Shown here piece after piece: positions 12,581-24,847 of a DNA stretch of 64,000 nt. This DNA comes from Pristiophorus japonicus (taxonomy: Eukaryota), in NCBI RefSeq assembly GCF_044704955.1, contig NC_091984.1:193998001-194062000 (forward strand), read 5' to 3'. The first letter of the stretch is position 1, and each line of letters starts with the position of its first letter. A program made the position numbers and the translations under genes. The notes under the pieces were generated by a model, which saw only the letters and a program-made list of their open reading frames with translations, was not told where the DNA came from and searched no databases.

Positions 12581-13505
12581 TGTAATGTATTTGGAATGTT
12601 GGCTTTCATTGCGAGAGGGATGGAGTACAAAAGCAGGGAGGTCCTGCTGCAACTGTATAGGGTATTGGTGAGGCCGCACCCGGAGTACTGCGTGCAGTTT
12701 TGGTCACCTTACTTAAGGAAGGATATACTGGCTTTGGAGGGGGTACATGGACGATTCACTAGGCTGATTCCGGAGATGAGGGGGTTACTTTATGATGATA
12801 GATTGAGTAGACTGGGTCTTTACTCGTTGGAGTTCAGAAGGATGAGGGGTGATCTTATAGAAACATTTAAAATAATGAAAGGGATAAACAAGATAGAGGC
12901 AGTGAGGTTGCTTCCACTGGTCGGGGAGACTAGAAGTAGGAGGCACAGCCTCAAAATACGGGGGAGCCAATTTAAAACCGAGTTGAGAAGGAATTTCTTC
13001 TCCCAGAGGGTTGTGAATCTGTGGAATTCTCTGCCCAAGGAAGCAGTTGAGGCTAGCTCATTGAATGTATTCAAATCACAGATAGATAGATTTTTAACCA
13101 ATAAGGGAATTAAGGGTTATGGGGAGCGGGCGGGTAAGTGGAGCTGAGTCCACGGCCAGATCAGCCATGATCTTGTTAAATAGCGGAGCAGGCTCGAGGG
13201 GCTAGATGGCCTACTCCTGTTCCTAATTCTTATGTTGTTATGTTCTTATGTTCATGGGCTCTTTCCTTAAGAATTCATAGCAACATGTTGCTATTCAGAA
13301 CTAGTTGGTTTATTAACAAAGGTTTAACAATCACACTACACCTTACCAGTTCATCCACTAGGCTCACAACTGCATACCTCATCGTGGATGACCTAGACCC
13401 AACTAACTGGGGTTTTATTGCGTCTTGTGAACATCATGTGACTGGCTAAGTCACTTATACTAGCTCTATAAACCTGTGAGCATACTCACAGGTGCATACA
13501 TTACA
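12581..13505 (-). mobile_element. Solo LTR interrupted near one end by a CR1 fragment
   Basis: 10-bp terminal inverted repeat TGTAATGTAT (12581) / ATACATTACA (ends 13505). Flanks CATTC/CACTC form a 5-bp TSD with 1 mismatch. AATAAA is present on the minus strand. Confidence 0.7.
12591..13250 (+). mobile_element. Young CR1 3' fragment (ORF2 C-terminus 12596-13147, 3'UTR and tail)
   Basis: Open frame MLAFIARG...RRNFFSQRVVNLWNSLP with a (TTCTTATG)n tail. Highly similar to 40163-40823 and 58520-59246. Confidence 0.95.
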
Positions 13506-14203
13506 CACTCCTGGAGTGCAGAAGCAGAACATTTTGTGCACTATTAATGTATTTTTGCCGACATAACTGCCCTTAATAAACCACAATCATGGGCGCGATT
13601 GTCTATCTCAACAGTTCAAAATAGAAAACATTTGCTGACAGATTTAAATAAATGCCAGACCATCTGAAGTAAAACTGTGATATATTCACAGAGCACAGCA
13701 CACACAGCTCTTAACATGGCAGGCAACTCTCGGAAGTCTCCGGAATCTGCCTGGTTCTGTTTATTATTAACCCTGCACTTGCAGTACACAATACGTCCAC
13801 ATCCACAGTGTGGAGTTACAAACATTACAAGCTTACAGACATTACACTTCTCCCTCCTTAATGAAGGAAGCCATCATAACAAACATCATACATAACTTTC
13901 ATGTTTATACATAACACAGGATATAAACTTATTTCTTTTTTCATATTTACAAATTTAACTTTACCACTTGTTTTCTGTTTCGAAGAGGATACCTTCGCTC
14001 TCGAACAGAACCTTCCAAACATGATGTCGATTTCACACTCATTTGAGGCTCATCCTGAGGAACATTTTCCTCCATGGAATTTCCTTGATTTTCATTTGAA
14101 TTCACTCTAACTTCAGGCTCTTTGTTTTCCTGACTCGGACTCAGACTTTCATTCTGATTCTCTCCTGGATTTGTTTCCAGTACATTGGATTTAGGATTTG
14201 CTA

Positions 14204-17042
14204 CTAGTATATCAAAACTATCTGATGAGTTAGAAATAATTGAATCATTCCCATCTTCAACTCCTTCCATGTCTGTAGGTAAAATATGATCAATATGAAC
14301 AAACCTAACCAGACAACTGTCGTTTCCTTGGATTTGGATCTAACATTTGTTTTATGAGGGCGCGTTTTACAATTTGTACAGTGCGCTCTGCTGCACCATT
14401 CGAAGCAGGGTGATATGGTAGAACATGTTTCACACCATTTTTGCTCTTGAATTGTGCAAATTCTTCTGAACAAAATTGTGGTCCATTATCCGAAACAATT
14501 TCTTCAGGGAGGCCAAATGAAGAAAATAATTTTCGCAAAATGTCCAATGTTTTACTTGTTGTTATTTTCCACATTGGAACCACCTCAACCACTTCGAATG
14601 GCTATCAATCACAATGAACAATTGTTGTCCTTCTAACTCAGCAAAATCAATATGTAGCCTTTGCCACACCCTGAGAGGCCATTTCCATGGCTGTAATGGT
14701 ACTGGTGGAGGTTGCTTGCTTACCGATTCACATGTCGTAAATTGACTCACAATGTACTCTATATCTTTATCAAGACCTGGCCACCATAAATAACTGTGTG
14801 CAAAACTCGTGGTCAAGCACATTCCCAGGTGCTGGTCATGGAGGTCTCCTAATAACTTGGACCTGAATTTATTTGGTATAACCACTCTTGCACCCCACAT
14901 GATACAATCTTTATCGACTGATAATTCATTCCTATGAATGAAGAATAGATGTGTATCTTTGTCTGTTACCTGGTTTGGCCATCCATTTGCAATATACTCA
15001 TACACCTTTGACATCACTGGGTCACGTTTGGTTGCTCTACCAATCTCTTCAGCTGTGACTGGCAGTTCATCAATGTATGAAAAATAAAACACTTCTTCCC
15101 TATCGTGTGTAACTTGTGATGGGGAAGGCAATCTAGACATTGCATCAGCATTACTGTGATCAGCTGATCGTCTGTATTCAATATCATATGTATATGCTGA
15201 CAAAATCAAAGCCCATCTCTGCATTCGGGCTGCAGCTAATGTTGGAACTGGGGACTTTAGATGGAGGATTGCTGTTCGGGGCTTATGGTCCGTAACGATA
15301 ATAAATTTACGACCATACAAGTATTTGTGAAACTTCTTGACCCCAAAAATTAATGCCAAAGCTTCCCTTTCAATTTGCGCACAATTACTCTCACTGGCAC
15401 TGAGAGTGCATGAAGCAAAAGCAATTGGTCTTTCCCCCCCATTACTTAATACATGAGAGATTACTGCCCCAACTCCATGCGGAGAGGCATCACATGCTAG
15501 CTTAGTCTCCTTAGATATGTCATAGTGAACTAACATGGTGCTCCCTACCAATTTGTTTTTACACTCCTTGAATGCTGTATCGCATTCTTTTGACCACTTC
15601 CAATGGACCTGTTTTTTCAAAAGTTCATTCAGTGGATGTAATACTGTAGCCAAATTTGGTAGGAACTTCCCATAATAGTTCAAAACACCCAAGAATGAAC
15701 GAAGTTCAGTGACATTCCTGGGAGTGGGTGCATTTCTAATTGCATCCAATTTTTCCATGGTTGGACATAAACCATCTTTGTCTATTCTGTACCCTAAGTA
15801 CTCCACTGAGTTTTTAAATAACTCACACTTACGAGCAGACACTCGTACTCTGTGCTTCTCTAGCCATTTGAGGACTTCATTCAATATGTTATTATGAATT
15901 TGCCTATTTGGTGCTGAAATTAGTCTGTCATCCAAATAACATACTACCCCTTCAATACCTTGCAAAATCTGGTTCATCACCCCTTGGAATATGGCAGGGG
16001 CGGAAGACACTCCAAACGGTAGCCTATTAAATTGATATAGGCCTAGATGAGAATTTATAGTCAAACATGACTTGGACTCCTCATCTAGTTCAAGCTGTAA
16101 GTAGGCATTCGTAAGATACAGTTTTGAGAAGATCTGACCACCTGTCAGTGTTGTGAACAAATCTTCTATATTCGGCAATGTATTGGGGACATTACCCTCT
16201 CGAACCTGGTTTACGGTTACTTTATAATCACCACACAATCTTACCTTACCGTCGGACTTAGGTACAACAACAATGGGTGTAGCCCAATTACATCGATCTA
16301 TCTTACAAATAATGTTCTCAGTCTCTAGTCTTTTGAGTTCTTGCTCAACATTCTCCTTGAGTGCATATGGTACAGAATGTGGCTTGTAATAAACCGATCT
16401 AGCGTCCTTCTGTACCCTGACACTCGCCTTGAAGCCTTGGATCGGACTGCTCGTTTCGCAGAACACCTTCGGATACTTCTTGATAACCTCATCCGCTGAT
16501 GAAAATCTCGCTTCCACACAGAAAATCTTACTCCAATCCAGCTTCAGTGAGCTCAACCAATTTCTTCCTAGTAAGGCAGACTTGTTTCCTTTCACTACAA
16601 TGAGATGCAAGTTCTGAAATTGATCTTTATATTTCACCAGTACGGTGATACGACCTACCACAAGAATTTTCTCTCCCGCGTAGCCTTGCAGCTCTATCTT
16701 GTATTTCTCCAGTTGAAAATCACACAATTTGTCGTGGTATAGTGACTCCGGTACTACACTCACGGATGCACCCGTGTCAATTTCCATTGGTATCTTGAAT
16801 CCCGCAACATCTATGTGGATTTTGATGCTTTCCGAATCGCTGTCCATTAACCTCGTGCTCCTGATGATGTGTAACTCTAACATCTCGTCCTGTTGTTGTT
16901 CTTCCATGCTATGTAGACCTTTGGGATTTCTACTCATAGCTTTGAACGCTGGACTCATAGCTTTAAAAGCTGGTTTACCCTTCAGTCGACATGCCTTCAC
17001 AAGATGCCCAGTTTTCCTGCAGAAGAAACACTCTGCCTTCAT
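14204..17042 (-). pseudogene. pol: Gypsy pol (zinc knuckle, protease, RT, RNase H, frameshifted integrase)
   Basis: The 826-aa ORF carries CFFCRKTGHLVKAC, DTGA, LPFGVSSAPAIFQ, YLDD, CDAS, TDHKP, NADAMSR and HIDFA. Integrase continues in other frames (SDNGPQF, HPASNGAAER). Confidence 0.93.
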
Positions 17043-17138
17043 GTATGGACAACTTTGAGCAATGTGTTGTCCCAGGCACCTATAGCACGACTTCGACGCT
17101 CTGTTAGAATTTCCAGTTTCTGAGACTTTGGGCCCCCA

Positions 17139-17756
17139 TCATCTTTTACTTTGAACCTGCAGGTGATTTACCTCGGTTGACTGATGACCGTAATTATTAT
17201 TTAATTCTTGGGAATATTGTTCGGCCATGCCCATCGACCTCGCTGTCTGACAAGCAAACTCAAAAGTCAAGTCATCCGTCGTCAATAACTTCCTTCTGAT
17301 CGCATCATTTTTCACCCCACAAACAAAACGATCCTGTAATGCTTGATTTTGAAAGTTTCCAAAATGACAGTGCATCGATAGCTTTTTTAATGCAACGATG
17401 TAATCACTGATAATTTCATCAGCCGTTTGATTCCGAATCCTGAAACGATAGCTTTCAGCAATTTCTAACGGTTTGGCATTATAGTGCTGCTCCAGCTTCG
17501 CTAAAATCTCTTTAAGCGTTGTGTCCCTTGGCTCGTCAGGCACACGCAGATTTACAAGAGTGTCATTTAATGCTGGACCTGTCTCCGATAAGAAGATCGC
17601 TTTCTTACGTTCCAACACAGCCGGGTTCTGGACTGCATTGTCTGGAACTTCGATTATGTTATTTGCAGTGAAATACATTTCTAGCCGATCCACATACGCT
17701 TTAAAACGTTCCTGGTCGTGTCTATATTCACCCAAATATCCTAATACACCTGCCAT
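17139..17756 (-). pseudogene. gag: Gypsy gag
   Basis: MAGVLGYLGEY...ESYRFRIRNQ...LQDRFVCG. It is disconnected from the zinc knuckles and pol by a stop or frameshift. Confidence 0.85.
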
Positions 17757-18967
17757 TTTAATCTCTAGCTGTTCACACCGTGTGCTGTATTTTAGCTTGA
17801 ATTTTTGTAGCTTTTTTCCAAAGACAGAAACTTCCAAAGTCTTCTGTCGGCTGGCTGAATCCTTCACCAACAAAATTTCAGCTTTAAATCATCCAAAAAA
17901 TCCCATCTTCCATCACCAATGATATATTCACAGAGCACAGCACACATAGCTCCCAACATGGCAGGCAACTCTCTCGGAAGTCTCCAGAAATCTGCCTGGT
18001 TCTGGTTATTATTAGCCCTGTACTTGCAGTACACAATACGTCCACATCCACAGTGTGGAACTACAAACATTACAAGCTTACAGCCATTACAAAAACGATG
18101 AGCATTCAATCTAGCCTTCAAGCTTTTCAATAAAGCAACTCTCAAATCCTAATATGATGAGGGGATATATCTTTCATCTCCCATTAATGCACAGGTTGCA
18201 CACTGGGAAATACTACAACCTGCACATGCTCAGAATACACAGATATAATTGAAAGCTCATTCCAAATCTTCTTGTTATGTGCTGTGACCTTGAAATAACA
18301 ACCTTAATGAAGATATTAAAAGATACAAAAGACAGTTCAATAGATACATTTACTCGTGTTATGTTGAAAGATATTTTTTCAACTTTTAAAATTATATTTA
18401 AAATCTTATTTTGGGCATTGCAAATTTTGGTTAATGAGAAAATAAATGGCAGATGGAATTTTTTCAAAAAGCAGTTTGAATGACTTGCTTAGTTCATCAA
18501 CAAACTGTGATTGTGAATTGTTTGTATTGGAAACTTTTATATCTTTAGAAAGGGTTTTCCTGTGATAAATCTTTACATATTCATAAGTACTAACATTATA
18601 AAGTGTGATTCAAATGACAGAGGAAGGAAGGTTTATGGGCAGGATGTGCACACCATATGTAAGATTTTTAATATAATACAGATTTATGTATGGAATACTG
18701 CTGGTCACGTTTAATTTGCTTATTGCAACAGCCAGTCTAGCTGGTATATGCAAGTATTGCCAGGAAATTGCCATTGTGGGGGACCTATTCATAGAGACAA
18801 ACCATTATTCTTATGTAAATATATTTTCCTAGCAAAGGAAATCGAAATCACTTAATAAAAGGGAACTTGAAACGATGTGAAAATTGGATTTGTGTCTAGC
18901 TTTGGTCGGAGGTTAAGGAAGCCATCACTACAGATTGAACGCTATGTTCAATTGTAAGAAACCATCT

Positions 18968-19133
18968 GGGTTAACTTTGGCGGTAGAGCAAAATGGGCGA
19001 TAGTGAATAGGCAGACCCTTTTATACCCCGCCCGCTTTGATTTTCGATTGACTTTAAAATCAGGAAGGGTGTAAAATGGGCTGCTGCTTCATTATCATCC
19101 ATTTTGTGCTTCTGCCGAAGTTGAATTTCACCT
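18968..19133. repeat. Short palindromic MITE-like element
   Basis: The left arm aactttggcggtagagcaaaatgggcgata...ccttttataccc is mirrored by gggtgtaaaatggg...tatcatccattttgtgcttctgccgaagtt. Confidence 0.6.
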
Positions 19134-19639
19134 ATGTGTCCCAGATTGAGCTTTAAGGAGGGTGGGAGGCATACCTCACCCAGTCTGCTGCAACTCTTCA
19201 GATTTCTTTGCTCATCAAGTTAGAGGTAGGCTCCTCAAGACTCTGTGTGAGGATGGATTGAACTTCATGGATGGGTTTGTGTTATGGGTGCTGGTTAAGG
19301 TTTGATATCATGAGAAGAATTAGGAAAATGTTGCACATTTTATTATTTTTGTATCCAAGGAGGCACACACTAAATGTTCCGTTAAATTAAATCTGCTGTA
19401 TTTGCTTTCTGTTGTTTAACTTTTGCCTTTAATGATTCTGATGTTTAGTTTATTGCCTAAATTGCATGGTCTAATAGAACATTTATTCATAGACAATCTT
19501 AAAAATGAGAAGAGCAGAAGAGGATTTATATCAATTCTAGCCAGTAAATTATAGTAGTAAGATGTCAATTCCTGGACATCACAATATTACTAAATATTGG
19601 AAGTGTAAAGTCACACTCTGGTTTGTAGGGCTTTCGGGT

Positions 19640-20410
19640 CTGGTCTTTGACAGTGGGCATGAAATAAATATTTGTGGACACCTTATATTCATAACAAGTT
19701 GGCTGTTCTCCCTCCCCCACCAGTTTCGTATCATCTGCAAATGTGATGAGTTTGCATTTAGTTTCTGAATCCAAGTCATCAAGATAAATTAGAAACAGCC
19801 AGGGTCCCAACAGCAATCCTTTGGGAACTCCCCAACTATGATAGCTCCCCATCTCTCCCGACCCCGCTGTAGAATGTACCTGCTGATTCCAACTATTGAG
19901 CTAATTTTTTATCATTCCAAAATTTTAGTTTGAATTTCCACTGTTAAATAGGAGTCTTTTTGTGAGATTTTGTCAAGGACCTTTTGAAGTCTAGAAACAG
20001 CGCATCATAAGATTTTTCACAGTGCTAATCAAATAAATCAAGGAGGTAGGTTCTGCAACCATCTCCTGCTAAATCTATTCTGGCTGTTACTTACTAAGTT
20101 ATTATCATATAGGTTATCATTAAGTTTTCTCCTGATAGTTGTACCTGTTATCTTACCTGACACTGATGTGAGATTGATGGGGCTATAGTTCCTTCAGTCA
20201 CTTGTCATTCTTTGAATACTAGCAGATCTCATGAAGTTGCTCATGGTGATTTGGAGGAAACACTGTTCTATAACAATATTAAAGGCAAGTCGGATATAAC
20301 ATCAGGACCACTGATTTATGGCAATCAAATAAGTCAAATTTCAATTTTATTGCATGGCATTCTAGAATTTTTACCAGCGCTTTGGAGAACAAATATATCG
20401 ACTCTGTGAA
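19640..20410 (-). mobile_element. Ancient degraded CR1-like LINE RT fragment
   Basis: Minus-strand translation GVPKGLLLGPWLFLIYLDDL...FADDTKL. Confidence 0.7.
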
Positions 20411-20462
20411 TGACTTACATATATATGTTTTTTTTCTATATATCTTTTTTTTAAATCACGAA

Positions 20463-20966
20463 GAGCTAGAAATTTGCCAGCCTGTCAATATTTGTTTTTT
20501 AACGTCATTTTTGTGAAAAAAATAAGAATAAAAATTTTGCCATTTTTTAACGGGGTAAATTTGGCCAAATGATGCGCCTGTCGATATCACCAAAAATAAA
20601 AGGGCGAAAACACATTATTTATTCCAAAAATAAAAAAATAAAAAATCAGAAAACATTTAACAATACCTTTAAGTAATCAATTGCTGAAAGAGAATTAAAA
20701 AAAAATCAACTTACCTTTTTTGTAGGTCTTCCTACGTTTCTAAGGCAGCAATACCTGCTTTTCTCACCTGAATACTGGTTCGCCGAATGGCCAAATTTAG
20801 GAGGTCCTATTTTTTATGTATGGCGATCCGCTTTTTGGCAATGTTTCAAAACTGCCATTCTTAATCTATGGGGAATTTTGTTCGGTTTCTTTTAACGCCA
20901 AAAAAACACTTTTAACGTGAAAAAATTGTGTTAAAAACGTGAGTTAGGCTGGCTAATTTCTAGCCC
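20463..20966. mobile_element. Harbinger-type MITE
   Basis: About 21-bp TIRs gagctagaaatttgccagcct and aggctggctaatttctagccc. Confidence 0.7.
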
Positions 20967-21161
20967 ACTATGTTTAAAGCTGAGGACATAAATCAATATG
21001 GAATGAAAGATGTACCTGATATTTAGCAATACTGGAGAAGGGGGTGGGTTTAGCTGGGCTGGGGGAGTCCTAGGCTTTAGTAGCATTGGGAAAGTTTTGG
21101 GATTTAGCAAAACAGAGTCGGGGTCTTGAAGTTTGGCTGCACAGGTAGGTAGTGCTGGGCC

Positions 21162-21350
21162 AAAAACAGAAAATGCTGGGAACACTCACCAGGCCAGGCA
21201 GCATGCGTGGTGAGAAAAACTGTTAACGTTTCAGGTCTGAGACCCTTGTTAACTATTTCTCTCACCACGGATGTTGCCTGGCCTGCTGAGTGTTTCCAGC
21301 ATTTTCTGTTTTTGTTTCGGATTCCAGCATCTGCAGTATTTTGCTATTGT
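21162..21350. repeat. Palindromic repeat with about 65-bp arms, probably a Penelope-like element end
   Basis: Arms 21162-21226 and 21248-21313 are near reverse complements (aaaaacagaaaatgctgg...gttaac / gttaac...ccagcattttctgttttt). Confidence 0.7.
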
Positions 21351-21531
21351 AGGTAGTGATGGGATTTAGTAGTAATGGAGAGGGTCATGTGGCCTGTGGC
21401 ATGTCATGTTGGGGTTTGGCCCAAGCATGTATTCCTGGGTCTGTCAGTAGTGACAGTAGGAAAGGGAAAGATATGACTTGATATCATGGGTGAGGGAAGG
21501 ATTCAAAGATGGCAGCACTTTCTAAGCACTA

Positions 21532-22788
21532 TGGGCCCAAGTTTCCACATGATTTGCACCTGATTTTTAGGAGCAACTGGTGGAGAACGGACTATCTTAG
21601 AAATCGCAATTCTCCACATTTTTTTTTCTGCAGTTCTAGTCAGGTAGAACAGTTCTACTTTGGAACAGAATTTTTTCTTCAAAAGGGGGCGTGTCCGGCC
21701 ACTGACGCCTGATTTCAAAGTTTCCACAGTGAAAACGTACTCCAAACTAAAGTAGAATGGAGCAAGTGAAGATTTTTGTAGAACTGAAAAAACCTGTTCT
21801 ACACATTAAAAAATCAGGCGCAGGTTACAAATTCGGCGTCCAGAACGAGGTGGGGGGGGGGGGAAGGGAAGTCATTAAATTCTACAATCAATCCTTATTT
21901 ATACTTCTACAAATATTATACAAATAAATCCAACCTGAATAAACATTTATAAGCAAAGAAAAGATTAAATAAACCATCTTCCTACCTGTGTGAAAGTGCT
22001 TCAGCCATCGTTCGTTCCCGCGGGGGTGGGGAAGGAGACAGCCATTTGTTGCTGCGGAGGGGAGGGAGGAGAAGGAGACAGACGTTTGTTGCTGCGGAGG
22101 GGAGGGAGGGGAAGGAGACAGCCGTTTGTTGCCGCCGTGGAGGGGAGGGAGGGGAAGGAAACCGCCGTTTGTTGCCGCGGAGGGGAGGGAGGGGAAGGAA
22201 ACCGCCGTTTGTTGCCGTGGAGGGGAGGGAGGGGAAGAAAACCGCCGTTTGTTGCCGTGGAGGGGAGGGAGGGGAAGAGACAGTGGTTTGTTGCCGCCGT
22301 GGAGGGGAGGGAGGGGAAGGAGACAGCCGTTTGTTGCCGCGGAGGGGAGGGAGGGGAAGGAGACAGCGGGTTGTTGTTGTGGAGGGGAGGGAGGGGAAGG
22401 AGACAGTGAGAAGGGTAGCCTCAGTGCTGATGTGCTGATGGCAATGTGCTTTTATTAAAAAATTTTCAAAAATTAAACAGCTACAAAGAACTACAAAAAT
22501 GGCCGAGTGCCAATGTTTTTTTCACACTGAGCATGCGCGAACGCTCCAACGCGCACGCACAGCGTTGCCGGCAGGAAAAAAACTAATTTAAATAGTACCC
22601 GCCCCCTCCCACTTACAAAATCGGCGCGAGTGTAGGCTCCGCCCCCCCTGGGCGCCGCGCCAAACAGACAAGGAGCTTCAAAGCGCTCGAGAATAGCGCG
22701 TTTTTTTTCTGGCGCCGTTTTAGGCGCGAAAAACGGGCGCCCCGCTCGGAGGGGCGCCCATTTTCTATTCTGTGGAAACTTGGGCCCA
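21532..22788. mobile_element. Non-autonomous Harbinger-type element, copy A
   Basis: Perfect 18-bp TIR TGGGCCCAAGTTTCCACA / TGTGGAAACTTGGGCCCA, with flanks CTA/ATA. A second, inverted copy lies at 24848-26060. Confidence 0.85.
22028..22405 (+). repeat. G-rich minisatellite, unit about 37-40 bp, roughly 10 copies
   Basis: Unit ggaggggagggaggggaaggagacagccgtttgttgccgc. Confidence 0.92.
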
Positions 22789-23511
22789 ATATAACTTTCT
22801 GAAAAATCTCTGCCAACATCAAATTGAGTATTTGTAATTGTTTTTTGGATGTGTCTCTGTTTCTCTCTATCCTTCTGTAGCTCACAGCTGTCATATTTTC
22901 TCACTCAACATAATACAGGTGATGCTCATCAGACCCTTTCTGTTTGTTGAGAAGCTTTCTAAATTAAATCTATTCATATTTTATTTTGGTAAAAGATATA
23001 ACTCAAATTGGAATAAAGGACATTATCTGTGTCACTTACTTTCTGTTTTGCTCTGTCTCTATCACTCTCTTTCAGCTTTATACACTTTCTGAAGTAAAAT
23101 ATGAATATCTTTTATTGAAACATTTCATTGTAAACAACTTAAATTCATAATCCAGTTTGTATTCAAATCATTTTCAAAAACATACAAACTGAACAAATAT
23201 TATAAATGGAGAAATAATTTGACTTTCCCAGTGAGAGAAACAAATTATAATAACATTTTTAATCTAACCCATCTGCTGGGAACAAATGAATGAAAATCAA
23301 CTGGGTTCAAATCATTTTTAGCAATGTGGTGCAGATGAAAATTTAACATGCATTTTTCTCATACACAAACACATGCAGTCTCTCCATATTTTTAAAATAA
23401 AATAATCAACCACAATAATGCTTTTTAAAATTTGTCCTCTTATTTTTCAAAATGATTTGAAGTATAGCTATAAAGTAAAAAGTATTAGAAGCTAAAGAAA
23501 AATATCCCATT

Positions 23512-24847
23512 ATAGCAGCGCATTTGGAAAGAGGTGACATGATAGGTCCAAGTCAGCATGGATTTGTGAAAGGGAAATCATGCTTGACAAATCTTCTGGA
23601 ATTTTTTGAGGATGTTTCCAGTAGAGTGGACAAGGGAGAACCAGTTAATGTGGTATATTTGGACTTTCAGAAGGCTTTTGACAAGGTCTCACACAAGAGA
23701 TTAATGTGCAAAGTTAAAGCACATGGGATTGGGGGTAGTGTGCTGACATGGATTGAGAACTGGTTGTCAGACAGGAAGCAAAGAGTAGGAGTAAATGGGG
23801 ACTTTTCAGAATGGCAGGCAGTGACTAGTGGGGTAACGCAAGGTTCTGTGCTGGGGCCTCAGCTGTTTACACTGTACATTAATGATTTAGACGAGGGGAT
23901 TAAATGTAGTATCTCCAAATTTGCGGATGACACTAAGTTGGGTGGCAGTGTGAGCTGCGAGGAGGATGCTATGAGGCTGCAGAGCGACTTGGATAGGTTA
24001 GGTGAGTGGGCAAATGCATGGCAGATGAAGTATAATGTGGATAAATGTGAGGTTATCCACTTTGGTGGTAAAAATAGAGAGACAGACTATTATCTGAATG
24101 GTGACAGATTAGGAAAAGGAGGTGCAACGAGACCTGGGTGTCATGGTACATTAGTCATTGAAGGCTGGCATGCAGGTATAGCAGGCGGTTAAGAAAGCAA
24201 ATGGCATGTTGGCTTTCATAGCGAGGGGATTTGAGTACAGGGGCAGGGAGGTGTTGCTACAGTTGTACAGGGCCTTGGTGAGGCCACACCTGGAGTACTG
24301 TGTACAGTTTTGGTCTCCTAATTTGAGGAAGGACATTCTTGCTATTGAGGGAGTGCAGCGAAGGTTCACCAGACTGATTCCCGGGATGGTGGGACTGACC
24401 TATCAAGAAAGACTGGATCAACTGGGCTTGTATTCACTGGAGTTCAGAAGAATGAGAGGGGACCTCATAGAAACGTTTAAAATTCTGACGGGTTTAGACA
24501 GGTTGGATGCAGGAAGAATGTTCCCAATGTTGGGGAAGTCCAGAACCAGGGTTCACAGTCTAAGGATAAGGGGTAAGCCATTTAGGACCGAGATGAGGAG
24601 AAACTTCTTCACCCAGAGAGTGGTGAACCTGTGGAATTCTCTACCACAGAAAGTAGTTGAGGCCAATTCACTAAATATATTCAAAAGGGAGTTAGATGAA
24701 GTCCTTACTACTCGGGGGATCAAGGGGTATGGCGAGAAAGCAGGAAGGGGGTACTGAATTTGCATGTTCAGCCATGAACTCATTGAATGGCGGTGCAGGC
24801 TAGAAGGGCTGAATGGCCTACTCCTGCACCTATTTTCTATGTTTCTA
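23512..24847 (+). mobile_element. CR1 3' fragment with RT domain; its tail is split by MITE copy B
   Basis: QHGF..GKSCLTNL, YLDFQKAFDKV, QGSVLGP and FADDTKL. The (TTTCTATG)n tail resumes at about 26062. Confidence 0.95.

Larger units (their letters stand above)
13676..18091 (-). mobile_element. Full-length Gypsy/Ty3 LTR retrotransposon (element 1)
   Basis: LTRs at 13676-13846 and 17920-18091, with TSD AAAAC (13671-13675, 18092-18096). On the minus strand there is a PBS-like TGGTGATGGAAGATGGG and a PPT TTAAGGAGGGAGAAG. Domain order is gag-PR-RT-RH-IN. Confidence 0.95.

Noticed and set aside
21990-22458. Three overlapping Arg/Gly-rich ORFs
   Set aside because: They are translations of a stop-free minisatellite.
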